From the NCBI GenBank assembly GCA_047495785.1, contig JBLDXI010000074.1, forward strand, positions 1,488,001-1,552,000: 64,000 nucleotides of DNA, given 5' to 3'. The position numbers were made by a program, and so were the translations under genes. The stretch comes from Lepidodermella squamata (lineage: Eukaryota > Animalia > Gastrotricha). The notes beneath the pieces were generated by a model that did not search any database, was not told the origin of the DNA, and saw nothing but the letters and a program-made list of their open reading frames with translations. This document shows, piece after piece, positions 1-12,500 of this stretch (positions are counted from its first letter, which is position 1; every line of letters begins with the position of its first letter).

Positions 1-3000
1 TAAGTTCCAGGACACCTTGGATGCGCTCATGACGGCGCCTCTCGAGTTCGCGGCTCAGAGTCTGAAAAAAGCAATTGAGGGAGCTGGAACAGATGAAGAG
101 GCAATCATTGAGGTGCTATGCTATGCTAATTACGACGACCTTCAACTAATCAAAGCCAAGTACGAAAAGCGTAAGTTGGAGTGGCCGTCGCACATTCATT
201 TGCATTATTTTTGTTCCTAGTTTACAAGGTTTCACTGCAGAAGGATATCGAGTCGGATACAAGTGGCCATTTTCGAAAACTTCTAGTTGCTCTACTCAAT
301 CGGCCTAAATCTCCAGAGAATGTTGACGTGAAAGGGGCGAAAACTGATTCGAAAACCCTACATGATGCATTTGCGAAGGGCAGTGATAAAGCTGCCGACG
401 AGTTGATCAAACTGCTGTCAGGCCGAGGGCGCTCGCAGCTACGGCTCATATTCGACACTTACAAAGCTGATTACAACACTGATGTTGTGGATGACATAAA
501 GAAAAACTTCGATAGCGACATCGAATCAGCGTTCGTCGCAACTGTCTATTCGATCCGCAACCGTTTCAAGTATTTCGCGAGCCGGTTGAATGCAGCGATG
601 GCAGGGCTTGGGACTCGAGACCAAGCTCTCATTCGGCTTATTGTCTCGCGCTGCGAAATCGATCTCGGAAATGTGAAGGAAGAGTACGAGAAAATGTACA
701 AAAAGTCTCTTGTAGCAGCCGTCTCAAGTGAAACTACGGGCGATTACTGCGACTGCTTGGTTTCGCTCATTAACGGTAACGGAAGCGGGAGCCCGCTGCC
801 AAAAGCTCCTGAACCGAAACCAGTTGAGAAGAAGGCAGAAAAGAAAGAGCCAGAGAAGAAGGAACCAGAGAAGAAAGAACCAGAGAAGCCCGAAAAAGGT
901 ATTAAAATATAAATGATGCGTATCCATATATAGTCGTATAATGAATCGCTGGGTAATTTTTGAACAGGAAAGAAAGGTAATATCAGCTTTTGCTTTCATC
1001 CAAATTTTTTAAATAGCCGGTTTATTTTATCAAGTAGAGTAGTCTGTAGCCCAATTAAATTCAAATAGCAATGCTCACGCAATTACGATACTATATATTA
1101 TATATTTCTTCAGCAATTGAGGCCTCCTGCGTCGCATCTGTACCGACTGTGGTTGCTGAGCCGAAGTTCGATGCGAAAAAAGATGCTGAGGTGTTGATGA
1201 AGGCCATGAAAGGCATTGGCACGGACGAGAAAAGCATCATCTCGGTTCTCACTCGCCGAACCTATCCGCAAAGAGCTGAGATCGAGAAGAAGTTCAAGGC
1301 GGAATACAAAAAGGTAACTTTAACATTTTTCACTCGCCATGATTACGATATTTAATGGCCTGGCAACATTTTACGAACTTAGAATTTCCTTGAAGTGAGT
1401 CTTGGTGTTGTGTATTTTGACCCCGATTCCTGATTCCCATTGCTCGTGTCATTGCTGTGAGAATCTATTTTAAAATGACGATTCGTTTCAGGAACTTCTT
1501 GCAGATCTAAAGAGTGAAACTGGAGGCGATTTCTTCAATCTTCTCACAGCCCTACTTACTCCACCTATCGAGTTCGCAGCGAAAAGTTTAAAGAAAGCGA
1601 TTCAAGGCGCTGGAACCGATGAGGAAACTCTAATCGAGGTGATCTGCTACGCATCATACGACGATCTTCAACTCATCAAGAGTAAATACGAGATGCGTGA
1701 GTTGAAGTTCTACTATATATTACCCCTTCATAATTCCCCCACTATTCGCAGTTTATCGAGTTCCGTTGCAACAAGATGCCGAAAGTGATACTAGTGGTCA
1801 TTTCCGGAAGTTGCTCGTAGCCTTGCTGAATCGGCCTAAATCGCCTGAGAATATTGATGTCAAAGCCGCGAGATCTGATGCGAAAAGCCTTCATGCCAGT
1901 ATAGCTAAAGGTGGCTCAGCAGCTGCCGATGACCTGACAACGGCTCTGTCGATAAAAGGCCGATCTCAGCTGAGGTTGATCTTCGAGAATTACAAGGCTG
2001 AATTCAAAACTGACATAGTCGATGATATTCGAGAGCATTTCGATAGCGATGTTGAAACAGCCTTTGTTGCCACTGTCGAATCGATCCGCAATAGATTCAG
2101 GTACTTCGCTACCCGGCTTGACGCGGCCATGAGTGGTGTCGGAACAAGAGATGATGCGTTGATCCGACTCATTGTCTCACGCTGTGAAATCGACCTTGGC
2201 AATATCAAGGAGGAGTTTGAAAAAATGTACAAAAAGCCATTGGTGAAAGCGGTTGGTGATGAAACGTCTGGCGATTATCGCGACGGTCTCATATCGCTGA
2301 TAATGGGCAACAATGGCAACAAGAAAGACGATCCGAAACCTCCTGAGCCGAATAAAGACAAGCCGCCACCTGAACCCAAAAAGGAGGCAAAGAAAGTAGA
2401 GCCAAAAGGTATTTTTATTTACAAACTTGCAAAGAAGTCGGACAAATATGTACTACAGCTAAAGGGAAAACAGGAGTCGACAAAGTGAAAAAAGGTTCCC
2501 AAATATTATGTAACATGTCCCTATTTTAATGTAGACCATTTCATTTCAGCTTAATAGTAGACGTAGCCAAGTATGAAATTCAATATTGTGTATAGAACCC
2601 GAAATCCTTTTCGTTTGTAGCAAAACCCTGTGGCTTAATGGAAATTAATACTCATTGCTGTTGATGTTATTCTTGTAGAAAATATAGCGTCAACGCCAAC
2701 CGTTATTCCTGAAGTCAAATTTGACGCTAAGAAGGATGCCGAGGCTCTGATGAAGGCTATGAAGGGCATTGGAACGGACGAAGATAGCCTGATAGCTGTT
2801 TTGACGCGGCGATGTTACCTCCAGCGGGCTGAGATCGAAAAAGCTTATAAGTCCGAGTACAAAAAAGTAACTATTGAACCACCATGATTGTAATGGCTAC
2901 TTGTTATCTGTTAATATATTAAAGGACTTGGAGTCAGAAATCGAAAGTGAGACTGACGGCGAATTTTTCAAAACGTTGTCAGCGCTGCTAACGTCCCCGG

Positions 3001-6000
3001 TTGAGTACCTAGCTAAATGTGCTCGAAAAGCTATTGAAGGATCGGGAACTGACGAGGAAACCTTGATCGAGGTGATTTGCGCACCCAGTTACGAGGACAT
3101 GCAGCTTCTCAAGGCCAAATACCAGCAACGTATGCTCGTATGACGTCCATGTTACTTTGTTAAAATCTCATTTTGCAGTCTACGATACTCCTCTGCAAAA
3201 AGACATTGAGGGGGATACAAGTGGAGCATTTAGAAAGCTGCTTGTTGCCCTGATCAATCGACCTAAGTCGCCTGAGAACATCGACGTGAAAGCAGCGAAA
3301 ACAGATGCGAAATCGCTGCACGACGCTATGGTGAAGGGTGGCGAAACGGCCTCAGATGAGCTGACTAAATTGCTGTCAAGCCGCGGCCGAGCTCAACTGC
3401 GACTCATTTTTGACACTTACGATGCAGACAATGACGTCGATCTCGAACCTGACATTAAGAAGCACTTCGACAGCGAGTTGGAAGCAGCCTTCGTTGCGAC
3501 AGTCCAAAGCATCCGTAATCGATTCAAATACTATGCCGGCCGCCTTGATTTCGCCATGGGAGGAAGTGGCACGAAGGACGAGATGCTCATTCGAATCATT
3601 GTCTCGCGTTGTGAACTCGATCTCGAAAATGTGAAAGATGAGTTTGAAAAGTCTTACAGCAAAACTCTGGCGAAAACAGTCGAGGATGAAACCTCTGGCG
3701 ATTACTGCAAATGTTTACTTTCCCTTATTAAGGGCAACAATGCCAACAAAATTTCGGTGGAAGAAGCCAGGAAACTTTTCAAACCTACTAAGCAGGAGGA
3801 ACACAAGGAGCCGAAGAAAGAAGAGGCTAAGAAAGAACCGGAAATTCCTCCACCGAAGCCAGATTCCAAAATGGCGCCAACGGTCCTCCCTGATCCTCAA
3901 TTTGACGTAAAGAAAGACTGCGAGGCGCTGATGAAGGCGATGAAAGGCCTGGGCACTGATGAGGACTCGCTAACTGCTGTTTTGACGAAGCGATCGTGGA
4001 AACAGAGGTCTGAAATCGAAGTCAAATACAAAGAAATCTACAAAAAGGTAAAAACCCGCTTGTCTCCCAAAATTCCCAACGTATTTGAGACATCTTGCTT
4101 TTATCAAGGAAATTAGTCAGGTAACATGAACATCAAGGCTGTTTTTTGATCCTCTAATCTAATGCTGATCTAATGCTAAATCTTTCAAATTCCACTTTAA
4201 GATTGATCTGTTCTAAACAATTTTATTTTATTAGGAGCTGGAGGCCGAGTTGAAAAGTGAAACCGAAGGCAACTATTTGATGGTGCTAACAGATCTCCTT
4301 AAGACACCCTATGAAGTTTCGGCCACCGCTTTGAATAAAGCGCTGAAAGGCAGCACGAATGAAGAGCTTCTAGTTGAAATAGTATGCAGCCAATCTTATG
4401 ACGATCTCCAGATGACACTTGGCAAATACGAAAATTGTTTGCTTACTTATTGTGCCATATGCTTTGATTCTTAACAAGTTGCTTTTCACAGTGTTTAAAA
4501 AGGCATTCATTAAGGATGTTGAAAGCGAGACAAATGGACAATTTCAGAAGTTAATGGCTGCGTTGATCAAGCGGCCGAAATCAGGTAAGGCTCCGGATCC
4601 GAAAGCTGCCAAAACGGACGCGAAAGCTCTGCATGACGAAATGCCGAAAAGCGTCGACAAGGGCTTGGATTCCTTTGTCAAGTTGCTCTCCACAAAAGGC
4701 CATACACAATTGAGGGCGGCATTCGAGGCCTACAAGGCCGATTACAAAACAGAAATCGAAGCAGACGTTCAGAAGCACTTCGGCAAGAGTCCCGATCTCC
4801 AAAAATCTCTCCTGGCAGTTGGTAAGTTCCGATCTTGCTCAAAATCCGATAAACATGTATATGTTCTCAGTCGGGATCATACGAAATAAGCCGGTGTACT
4901 TTGCGAAGAGATTTCAAGCTGCCATGGAAGGCGCTGGTACAAAAGATGAGGATTTGTCGCGCCTCTGTGTCACGCGTTGTGAAGTCGATCTAGGCACAAT
5001 CAAAGCCGAATACGAACGAATGTATAGCAAGCCACTTGTAAAAGCAGTTGAATCGGAGACTTCCGGCGATTACCAGAAAGCCCTTGTATCTCTTATCAAC
5101 GGAAACGCTCTGAGCAAAGAGAAGACTGTTACCAAAGGTTAGTCTTCACAACTATTTGCAGCATTTCCTCTATGAATCATTGCATTCTTTGGTTATAACA
5201 ATATTACAGCGGAAAATTATGTGGAGGAAGCTGAAAAAGTTAAACAAAACATTACCTCAGATGAGTGGCCTAGTTGGGAAAAAGAGGCAAATAAGCCTCA
5301 TGTCACTGGGGAAGAAGGGAATGATAAAGATGCCAGTGGTAAAGATACACAGAAAGAGGGGCAAGGTGGAGACGTAGAGATTGAAGGAGACGTGGTTGCA
5401 CCGACGGTTACTACCGAAGAAGAAAGCGATGAAGGGAAAGGTCAGAAGGATGGTGATAAAGATGATAACAAGAATGAAGTGGCCGAGGACGAGGGTGGCA
5501 CAGATGTAGGTAAGGAAGCTGAAAATAATGAAGAGTCAAAAGATGATGACAAGAAGGAAGAAGCCAAGGACGAACAGAAAGATGGCACTGATGATGGTAA
5601 GGAGACTGAAAACAAGGAAGAGTCGAAAGATGGTGATACCGAAGGAGCCAACCCTGAACGTGTGTCCGATGAAAAGCAAAAAGACGAAGAGGAAGGAGAA
5701 GGAGAAGGTAAAAAGGATGGTGATAAAGAGGGTGATAACGATGAGGACAAGAAAGATGAACAGCGGGAGGGTGAAGAAGATGTCCCAGCAGTGAAAAACG
5801 AGAACGAGGGCGATGCTGATAACGAAGATAAGCACGAAGAACCTGATGGCAATGAGAAAGACAAGGACAAAGATTCCAAGAAAGATGACAAAACTACAAC
5901 GAAAGACAGCGATAAAAAAGAGGACAAAGAGGGCAATAAACACAAAGATGGGGAAAAGGAGAAAGAGAAGGAGAAAGAGAAAGGGAAAGGGAAAGAAAAG

Positions 6001-6466
6001 GAAAAAGAAAAAGAAAAAGAAAAAGAAAGGGAAAAGGAAAAAGACCAGGGCAAAGATAAAGACAAGAAAGAGGATCATGGCAAGAATAAGGACAAAGAGA
6101 AAGAAAAGACGGCCGACAAGGACAAGGGCAAGAACGACAGCGCGAAAGCAGGTTCGATTTTCATTCAATCTCGAAAATACTTCCTTTACTTCTCGGCGTC
6201 TCAACTATTCAACATGCAAACTCAATAAACGCTTTTGGCGAAATTCTGCAGTGTTTCAACTCGCTTCGTTTTCAATTGGTTTTTTAATTCTAAAAATGTT
6301 TCGCCCTTCCAAAACTTGAATATAGTTTACTATGGTTTTGCCGTTACAATATGTCGTTTTGTTATTTCGCAGGTCCAGCAAAGCCAGAGGACAAGAAGAA
6401 AGGTATTTTAGCCGGATGAAATATTTGTTTTGTCGCACAATTTTTCATTTGATTTCAGGAAAATGA
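1..6466 (+). CDS. Multi-core annexin (at least 4 tandem four-repeat cores, 5' end outside the window) with a C-terminal acidic/KE-rich disordered tail
   Basis: Annexin motifs recur four times (MKGIGTDE, GAGTDEE, SDTSGHFRKLLVALL, GxGTRD..LIRLIVSRCEIDL, ETSGDY). Phase-compatible GT-AG exons: <1-170, 221-898, 1114-1313, 1492-1696, 1752-2408, 2679-2866, 2925-3129, 3179-4047, 4235-4436, 4492-4821, 4871-5137, 5210-6151, 6373-6402, 6459-6466 (TGA). Exon 3179-4047 joins core 3 to core 4 with no intron. AATAAA at ~6562. Confidence 0.9.
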
Positions 6467-7137
6467 GTCCGCGTGAGGTATGATTTTCCCAGTTTTCTCC
6501 CTCTTTGCTTGCCAAACACACCGTTGCTTTTCTATTTTCCAGACATGATCCGTCAAAAAGCAATAAATTTCAAAAAAACATCACAAACATAATCTTACAT
6601 TTTATAACGTGTTGTGAATCGAAAAATTGAATTTTCACTTTTCAAATGCTAGCTTCTTCGCATAAACTGTGCAGCTTTTGTACGCGTATTTCCGCACTTT
6701 TCTTCTTGTGCTGTAATAAGTTTGAACTTGTTTGTTGTGAAAGAGAATGGAACTTTCCAGCTCGCGTGTTTCAATAAAAGCGATCTTGCCATTTCATTTC
6801 TTCACCACTCACCACTCACACAATAACAGTGCGACGGGATGAATAATACGAGAGCCGCCGGTTAAGCGTACCATTTATTTTGCCACAAACATTGACGGCG
6901 AAAATAACCAGCGACCTAAAATTACACCCGAGTGCGTGTGTGCACGCTGTTGTTTTCACGGAGGTCAGCAGCGGCGAGCGGCGAGCGGCGAGATAATGCG
7001 GCTCACGCTCTCACCTCAATGGCAGGCTGAATCATCCACGCACAACTTGTTAATACTAAACTTTTCTAGATTGTTCCCCAGCGACCCAGTCCTCGTCGTT
7101 TTAAGGCGAGGTTGAACCATTTTTGAGTTGTATAGAA

Positions 7138-8569
7138 ATGCGCGCTTATTACATCATTTTGTTCGCGGCGTTTTTCGCCATTAAAGCACACGCCTTCGCC
7201 TTTTTCGGCAGCGCAAGCGGCGAGCCGGAAATCGAGGAAAAAGACGGTGTCTTGTGGTTGACCGAGAAAACATTCGACCTCGCACTTAAAAATTACAAGG
7301 CTCTCCTTGTTAGCTTTTACCCTTCATCCGTTATTTGTACCACTTGCCAACATGTCCACGACGAATTCGCAGCGGCGGCGAAAATTTTCACTGAGGAAGG
7401 TGAGCATGACACCAAGCTGGCTATTGTCGACGTTGCGAAGAACCCCGAGTTGAAGGAGCGCTTCCATGTCAAAAAGTACCCGGCAGTTCGGTTCTTCAAA
7501 AAAGGCGAGGAGTTCGAGGACTTGATGGGCCACGGTCACTACGTCGGCTCGTGGCACTCGCACACGATTGTTGCATGGCTGCGCAAAAAGAACGGCGAAA
7601 GTGCGTATCGCAGGCTGCATTCCACGGCTGAAATTCAGGAATTCGCCGAGGATAACGAAGCCGCCGTGGTCGGCATTTTCAAGGACCCGAACGGCAAGGA
7701 AGCCAAGGCGTTCGTTGAAGCGTCGCATCAAGTCCTCGACGACGGCGTCAATTTCGGCCTGGTGATCCCTGATGAGGATATGATGCAGACTGAGTTCGGC
7801 GACTCTGATAAAGTCGCCAAAATTTACATAATCAAGAAATTTGACGAGCTGATGAATGTCTACCACGACCAGCCGTACGACAGTGTCAAGGAAATTGTCA
7901 ATTTCGTCCGGTTACGGGCATTCCCTTACGTCGTCGATTTCTCAACTGGCGCCGAGGATGTGCAGCGATCGTTTGGAAGCCAACACATCCACAACCATCT
8001 GGTGCTGTTCGCCTCTAAATCCCATCCTGATATCCAGGTGAGCCACATGCTTTCTTTTTTATCCAGGTGAACCCGTTTGTGGGGCTGTGGGGCTATACAA
8101 AAAAATACTCAGTTTTTTTATAGCGATGCAACAAAATTCTGCACTTCTCAACCCCACGTTTAGCCTAAGGAATTGTTTGGTGGCTAGAACGTCGATTTAT
8201 CTTTATTTCCATACTCTTATTTCCTACGTTTTGTTTGTTATCTAGAGTCTGCACAGCGAGTTCCGAAAATCGGCGAAAGCTCTGCGCGCCGAATTCGGCG
8301 ATAGCATGAGCTGGACCTTTGTTGACGCCAGCAACCCGGAGCACCTCGAGTGGATGCAGTACTTTAGCGTTAAAAGCGAACAGGACACCCCACTGGTCAT
8401 GATCGTTGTTCTCGACGGTCGGAAACTCATCTATAAACTGAAACGCAAAACCCTGGAAAATGGACAGCTAAGCCCGATTGATGCAAAGGCCCTCGAGACC
8501 CATGTGCGCGATTTTTTCGCCGACAAACTTGACGTAGATGAGACAAATTATGTGAAAAATGAGCTTTAA
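7138..8569 (+). CDS. Protein disulfide isomerase family protein (thioredoxin-fold a-b-b', CTTC motif, ER-retrieval KNEL)
   Basis: Signal peptide MRAYYIILFAAFFAIKAHA. PDI a-domain motifs (EEKDGVLWLTEKTFD, LLVSFY..CTTC, LAIVD, RFHVKKYPAVRFFKKG), then b/b' motifs (AVVGIFKD, IIKKFDE, PYVVDFS). Exons 7138-8037 and 8246-8569 (phase 0). Ends KNEL*. Confidence 0.85.
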
Positions 8570-9596
8570 ACATTGCAATTTTTACATCACTTGAATAAAA
8601 AGAAAATCTCTTGCCCTCGACTTTGTTCGCAGTTTATTATCAAAATTAACAATTCGTTTGGCGCATAGTTCGTAAATTGCGTTCGTGTGCTGTTTTGCTG
8701 ATTGAGATTGGCTGATTGATGAATTTGGTGAGTTTGGTGACGAAGTGGTGTTGTGACACACGTGCTTCGCAAGCCATAACCAAGCCATCATCCATCTGCC
8801 TCTCACTCTCAATGCTTAGGGGTAGAAAAAAGGTAAATGCGTATTTCATTCTGATGATACCACAATCAATCCACAGGGATCTTGAAAATATTGATTAAAA
8901 CCACAGAAATGTTGAAACGAAAAAAAGCAAGCTATATAGCCAGCCGCGATAGCTTTTGCATAACCATCATCGCAGTTCTAAAAATGAACAGGTACGAAAT
9001 CAACAAAATAGGTCTGAAATATTTCAATCTGGCAATGCGGGTCGTTTCGTCATGCATGGCGAGCTCTATTCAAGCATTTCAGCGCCTGTTGGATATGCCT
9101 AACTATTAGGTTCACAGTCTATCTACTAGTCAAAGCAATGCGGATGAGGTTCGGCGAACAACTTATTCTGTTGTTGCGGCGTGTTGGCCAAAGTCTCAGT
9201 TACATAGGCTACCACGGCAGAGTACCATGGCTGATATCTTCTGACAACTGCATGTGTTTTCAACACATCGATGATGATGATGATGATGATTATATGAAAA
9301 GAAGACAGAAAAACAGAAACATGTAATTTGAACGTGCGGATAAGAAAATTCAATTGGATGCAATGCGAAAAAATCATGAGTTGAAGTAGTAGAGAAGTAT
9401 TTAGTATGCATGTCAGTAAAAAACTGAATCGCCACGAGGCCGATCGTTTTGTTATTCATCACAGTGTCAACGCAACCTTGCTAGTTATTATGTTTAGTTA
9501 AAGACTGAGGCGCTGGTTTTTTCTTTAAAAAACACATAGTTAAACACAAAATTAGTTAGGATTAAATGACTTTTCGCAAGCAGATTACAAAAGTTG

Positions 9597-12500
9597 TCAT
9601 GCCTTAGGACTGGCTCTACTGGAATTACTATTATGAACATTACTACGTACTTGTGCATTCGTCAACAGCGAGAAGTTTTCGCCGATTGGCATCGGGAAGT
9701 CCTGTAATAAAACAAAGCAATCGTACGTTTGCAATTAGTCTTGGAATTAAAAAAAAAAGAAAAAATGTAAACTTAATATAAAATGAAAATCTACATCGAC
9801 GTGCTTTCGGAAAGCTTACTCCAAATAAATAAATGACCCTAGATAATACCAAGAAGGCCAAAGTGCCTACATGAACTGTAAGCTCACTCTTGCTCCTAGG
9901 AAACAGCACTCACTCAGTCATTTATCATCGAAGAATGGTCGTGTGAAACCTTCAACACAAATAAATTCCCCATAATTAATCCTATGCAGTCCCCGAAATC
10001 TGCAAATCACCCTGTCGCCCCTTACTTACAGCACTGATTTGATACAAATCTCACAGAAAATCTCATGCGATTGGGCGGATCACTTACTTGGTGGTCCGCA
10101 ACCGAGGGGACAATGCCGAAAATGATGGCTGGACCGACGGTTATAGCGAGGAAGCATATTGTGCCGAGGGTGTAGTTGATGCAGCTGACAATATCGAGCC
10201 AGCTGACGTGGCCGTCCGTGATGCGATGGCCTTGGCTGTCGCGTTGCACGGGCACGGCGGCGAAGCGCGTCATTTCTTCGGTTTCCGACCAGCACGGCAT
10301 GTCCTGCTCGGGCGACGGCATTTGCACTATGGTGAAGCCCTCCGCCTGCATGCTCATGCGGCGGACACGCTCGTTGCGGTCGTTCGCCGCCCGAATCAGA
10401 CTCGACGTCACGCGTGGCTGCGTGCCGTGATGCCGCGGGCCTCTCCTGCAAAATCGCAAAGAAAACAGATATAAGTCTGGGCATAGACTTCTGCGCCCAA
10501 TCCTTCAAGAGCTGGATCGGGGATAAATTGTTGCTGATCAGAGCTTAAATTCAGGTTAGTAAATAGTATTTTTCTCAAAAATGCTGAATCGATTGGATAA
10601 ATTCCGGATCAAAATTAGCATTTGACTGAAAACAATCAACTCAAGGTAGTAATTTTGGAGAAGTTGGCGGTTTTGACTGTTTTCTGTCTGAGTTTATGAC
10701 ATAGAGCACGGTTGATAGAGGTCATTTCCGAATCAAAAGCAAGTTAGTTTAAAGAGGAAAACGTTAGCGACAATGTCAAGCTTCTCGCCATCCACAAGGA
10801 GGTCACAACAAAATTACCTTGACCTCAAGCACTTATCGCCCCGACACAAACAAGGGCAAGAGGACCACCACGACTGAGATCTATTATCATGGCTAATGTA
10901 ATCAAATGAATGGATCCGTTCGTTAGCCGAAAGCAAAAAGACTTACGCTGTCATGTGCGAGCAGGGCGCGGATTCTTCGCTGATGTTTTGCAGGGCCTGG
11001 CGCGCGAGGGAAGAGCTCGCCGCCTCGGTCGCGTACGTGAAGTTGTGCGGCCGGAAGTGAGCAGTGGCAGCAGTAGTTGCGAGAGTCGGAGGGAAGGCAC
11101 CGGCTTGGCCCGCCGACGACGAGCCGCTGTAGCCCGAGTGCGGGCTCTGCGGCTGCTGCAGCGGCACCGCCTCGCCCGACATCAGCACCGACGACAGGTC
11201 CTGCTTCGAGGGTGGCCCGCGCCGGCTGCACGGCGACGAGGCGCGGGAGTGCGAGCTGGAACCGAGGGTGCCACCTGTCGCCTGTTGGTTGTTGGCTTTG
11301 CGGTGCCATGCACAGCACGACTTGAGCCAGTCGGGCACGGGCGTGTGCCGGTCGTGGTTGAACGTGCAGAAGGCAGTGAATATGGAGGCGCACACGGAGG
11401 TCGCCGAGACTAGGATCACCAGATCGATGTAGATAGACAGCAGAGGCACGCTTTCGGAAGTTTTTGGCTGCAAGACAAATCACGATGGTTCAATATACAT
11501 TTTCCTCATGGCGTAGCAGTGACACTTCAAATGAGCTGAAACTCTCTAGAGCATACTACTCACAGCACTGATTTTATTGATTGTCGATTCTCTTTAAGGA
11601 GGATTGTCGAAATCAAGTATACTAGTATTTTAACCTATCCAAACTAGGTTTCCGGATTTTTCTATCCCGGTTAAATGCCTATCCTCATGAACATGTATAG
11701 AAAAAAAAGCTCACCAGTTGTGCAACGACCATGGACTGAAACACCATCACCGATAGCCTTGAAAGTAAAGGAATGAGTGACAGAAATGTACAGTTTCAAT
11801 CCTACATGGTCACAGTCGTGGAACCGACTCGTTGCGGATGCGTAGCAGGTAGGAAGAAGAACACAGTCTGAACAAACATGCGGTACTCGGTAAAACGTCT
11901 TTCATGCACCTCGCATGTAACTTACCTGAATTGCGGAAAGAATAAAACACGGAAGGATAAAGTTGATAGAGTGGTAAAGTCGCGCCCGCTCGATGATCAG
12001 CCAAAACTCGATTCTCGAGAAGTAAGTATTGACGCCGGCTTTTATCTGCTGGCTCGTTCCGAATGTTTTCTCGAGGCGCCAAGTCTCAGACTCGACGTAC
12101 ATCCTCAAATCGACAGGCGTGCGTTCCGAGCGCAGGCGCAAGTTTAGAAATCTCCGGTCAAATGTTGGCGATTCAACAATGACGGAACATTTTTGCCGGT
12201 CAAAGGGGAAATAGCTGAGTTGCAGCTTGCAGAAAGTGCGCAGGACGCCCGTCGGGTGCCACCACAGCTGCCCGTCGCTCTCTACCTTGATTTCGAAGCG
12301 CGTATCCCGGACAACGCTGTAAACGTCCGAAACTGAGTCTACAAGGAGAGAAAAGTAGGCAAAACCGTTAGATCTCAGCTGCTATAAATGTACAGAGTTA
12401 CGCCAATCAAACTCAGCTAAAAAATCACGCCAAATCACCACAAATGTGCTCGAGAAAAATCTCACGTCAAACAGTTCAACTTAAAATTGCTATTAGGTAA

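Noticed and set aside
5442-6319. Ser/Phe-rich, Phe/Leu-rich and Lys/Arg-rich ORFs
   Set aside because: Alternate frames or antisense of the purine-rich KE/D tail.
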